A DNA stretch of 64,000 nucleotides from Candidatus Latescibacterota bacterium (lineage in GTDB: Bacteria; Latescibacterota; UBA2968), in NCBI GenBank assembly GCA_965198115.1, contig OZ240241.1, forward strand, positions 3,904,001 through 3,968,000, read 5' to 3'. The translations under genes and the position numbers were made by a program. This document shows positions 63,277 through 64,000 of the stretch, piece after piece. The notes beneath the pieces were generated by a model. The model had not been told where the DNA came from. It worked only from the letters and a program-made list of their open reading frames with translations, and made no database searches. Every line of letters begins with the position of its first letter. Position 1 is the stretch's first letter.

Positions 63277-63393
63277 CCCTTCGACTACGCTCAGGACAGG
63301 CGCCGGGACGAGCACGGACGCATCCTTTTTTTAAACGAAAACGCGCCACGCTCGCCCTCGTCCCTTCGACTCCGCTCAGGACTGCACGAGGGC
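63277..63393. repeat. Free short element (63277-63300) and REP family A copy with 20-nt insert
   Basis: cccttcgactacgctcaggacagg; ctcgccctcgt[cccttcgactccgctcagga]ctgcacgagggc. Confidence 0.8.
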
Positions 63394-63417
63394 GCTATAC
63401 CAGGGCGGGCAACCGCT

Positions 63418-64000
63418 TCACTCTTCCGCCTGCCACACCTCAGCATCATACGGTGGCAACTCACACCTCAACGGCCGGTCCACACGATCTCCCAGCAGGT
63501 AACTCGCCTGCACCAGCTGATGGATCTGTGAAGTTCCCTCATAGATCTGTGCGCCCTTGCTGTTGCGCAGGTGTCGCTCGACGTTATACTCGTCCGAGAA
63601 TCCGTAGGCCCCGTGAATCTGGACGGCATCGTTGGCCGTCGTGTTCGCTGCATCCGTACAGAACCACTTCGCCATGCTCGTCTCGCGCGTGTTACGAATC
63701 CCCTCGTTTTTCATCCATCCGACCTTCCGCACGAGCAATTCACCGATGTCGATACGCTGCTGCATCAGCGCCAGCATCTGCTGAACGAGCTGATGCTCTG
63801 CGATCGGCTTTCCGAACGTCTTGCGCTCCCGGGCGTACTTCACGGACTCCTCGAGGCACGCCTTCATCGTGCCCACGCCGCCTGCCGCGACCGTGAACCT
63901 GCCGTTGTCGAGCGCGCTCATCGCAACCTTGAAACCCTCGCCCTCCTCACCGATTCGGTGAGATACGGGCACAGCCACGTTCTCCATATTGACCCATCCG
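63418..64000 (-). CDS. Acyl-CoA dehydrogenase, C-terminal part; gene starts beyond the window
   Basis: [35 protein letters not shown]. Confidence 0.95.
   Translation of the reverse strand, partial: GWVNMENVAVPVSHRIGEEGEGFKVAMSALDNGRFTVAAGGVGTMKACLEESVKYARERKTFGKPIAEHQLVQQMLALMQQRIDIGELLVRKVGWMKNEGIRNTRETSMAKWFCTDAANTTANDAVQIHGAYGFSDEYNVERHLRNSKGAQIYEGTSQIHQLVQASYLLGDRVDRPLRCELPPYDAEVWQAEE

Overview
GC-rich bacterial window. The gene content (many Gfo/Idh/MocA, PhyH, sulfatase and enolase-family paralogs, plus a dockerin-like EF-hand remnant) is suggestive of a Latescibacterota/Gemmatimonadota-like heterotroph, but this is inference. Layout: (i) 1-29.6 kb, a mostly co-oriented catabolic paralog cluster with several eroded genes and a RAYT transposase flanked by its REPs; (ii) 29.7-53.4 kb, a mobile-element-rich region with three near-identical IS256 copies, rnhA, ISL3, IS630, two dead integrases, a terminase-small-like gene behind 41-bp direct repeats, and a four-element nest (IS200 containing two IS256, one of which contains an IS1182); (iii) 54-64 kb, sialidase-like gene, DUF1326/DUF2182, PhyH and an acyl-CoA dehydrogenase-etfB-etfA-membrane Fe-S oxidoreductase module. 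The most unusual signal is a ~20-23-nt element (consensus about CCTGTCCTGAGCnnnGTCGAAGGG) present in about a dozen intergenic copies. It has repeatedly inserted inside other palindromic repeat families and inside itself. No rRNA, tRNA or CRISPR array was recognised. All assignments are by eye from motifs; no searches were run.
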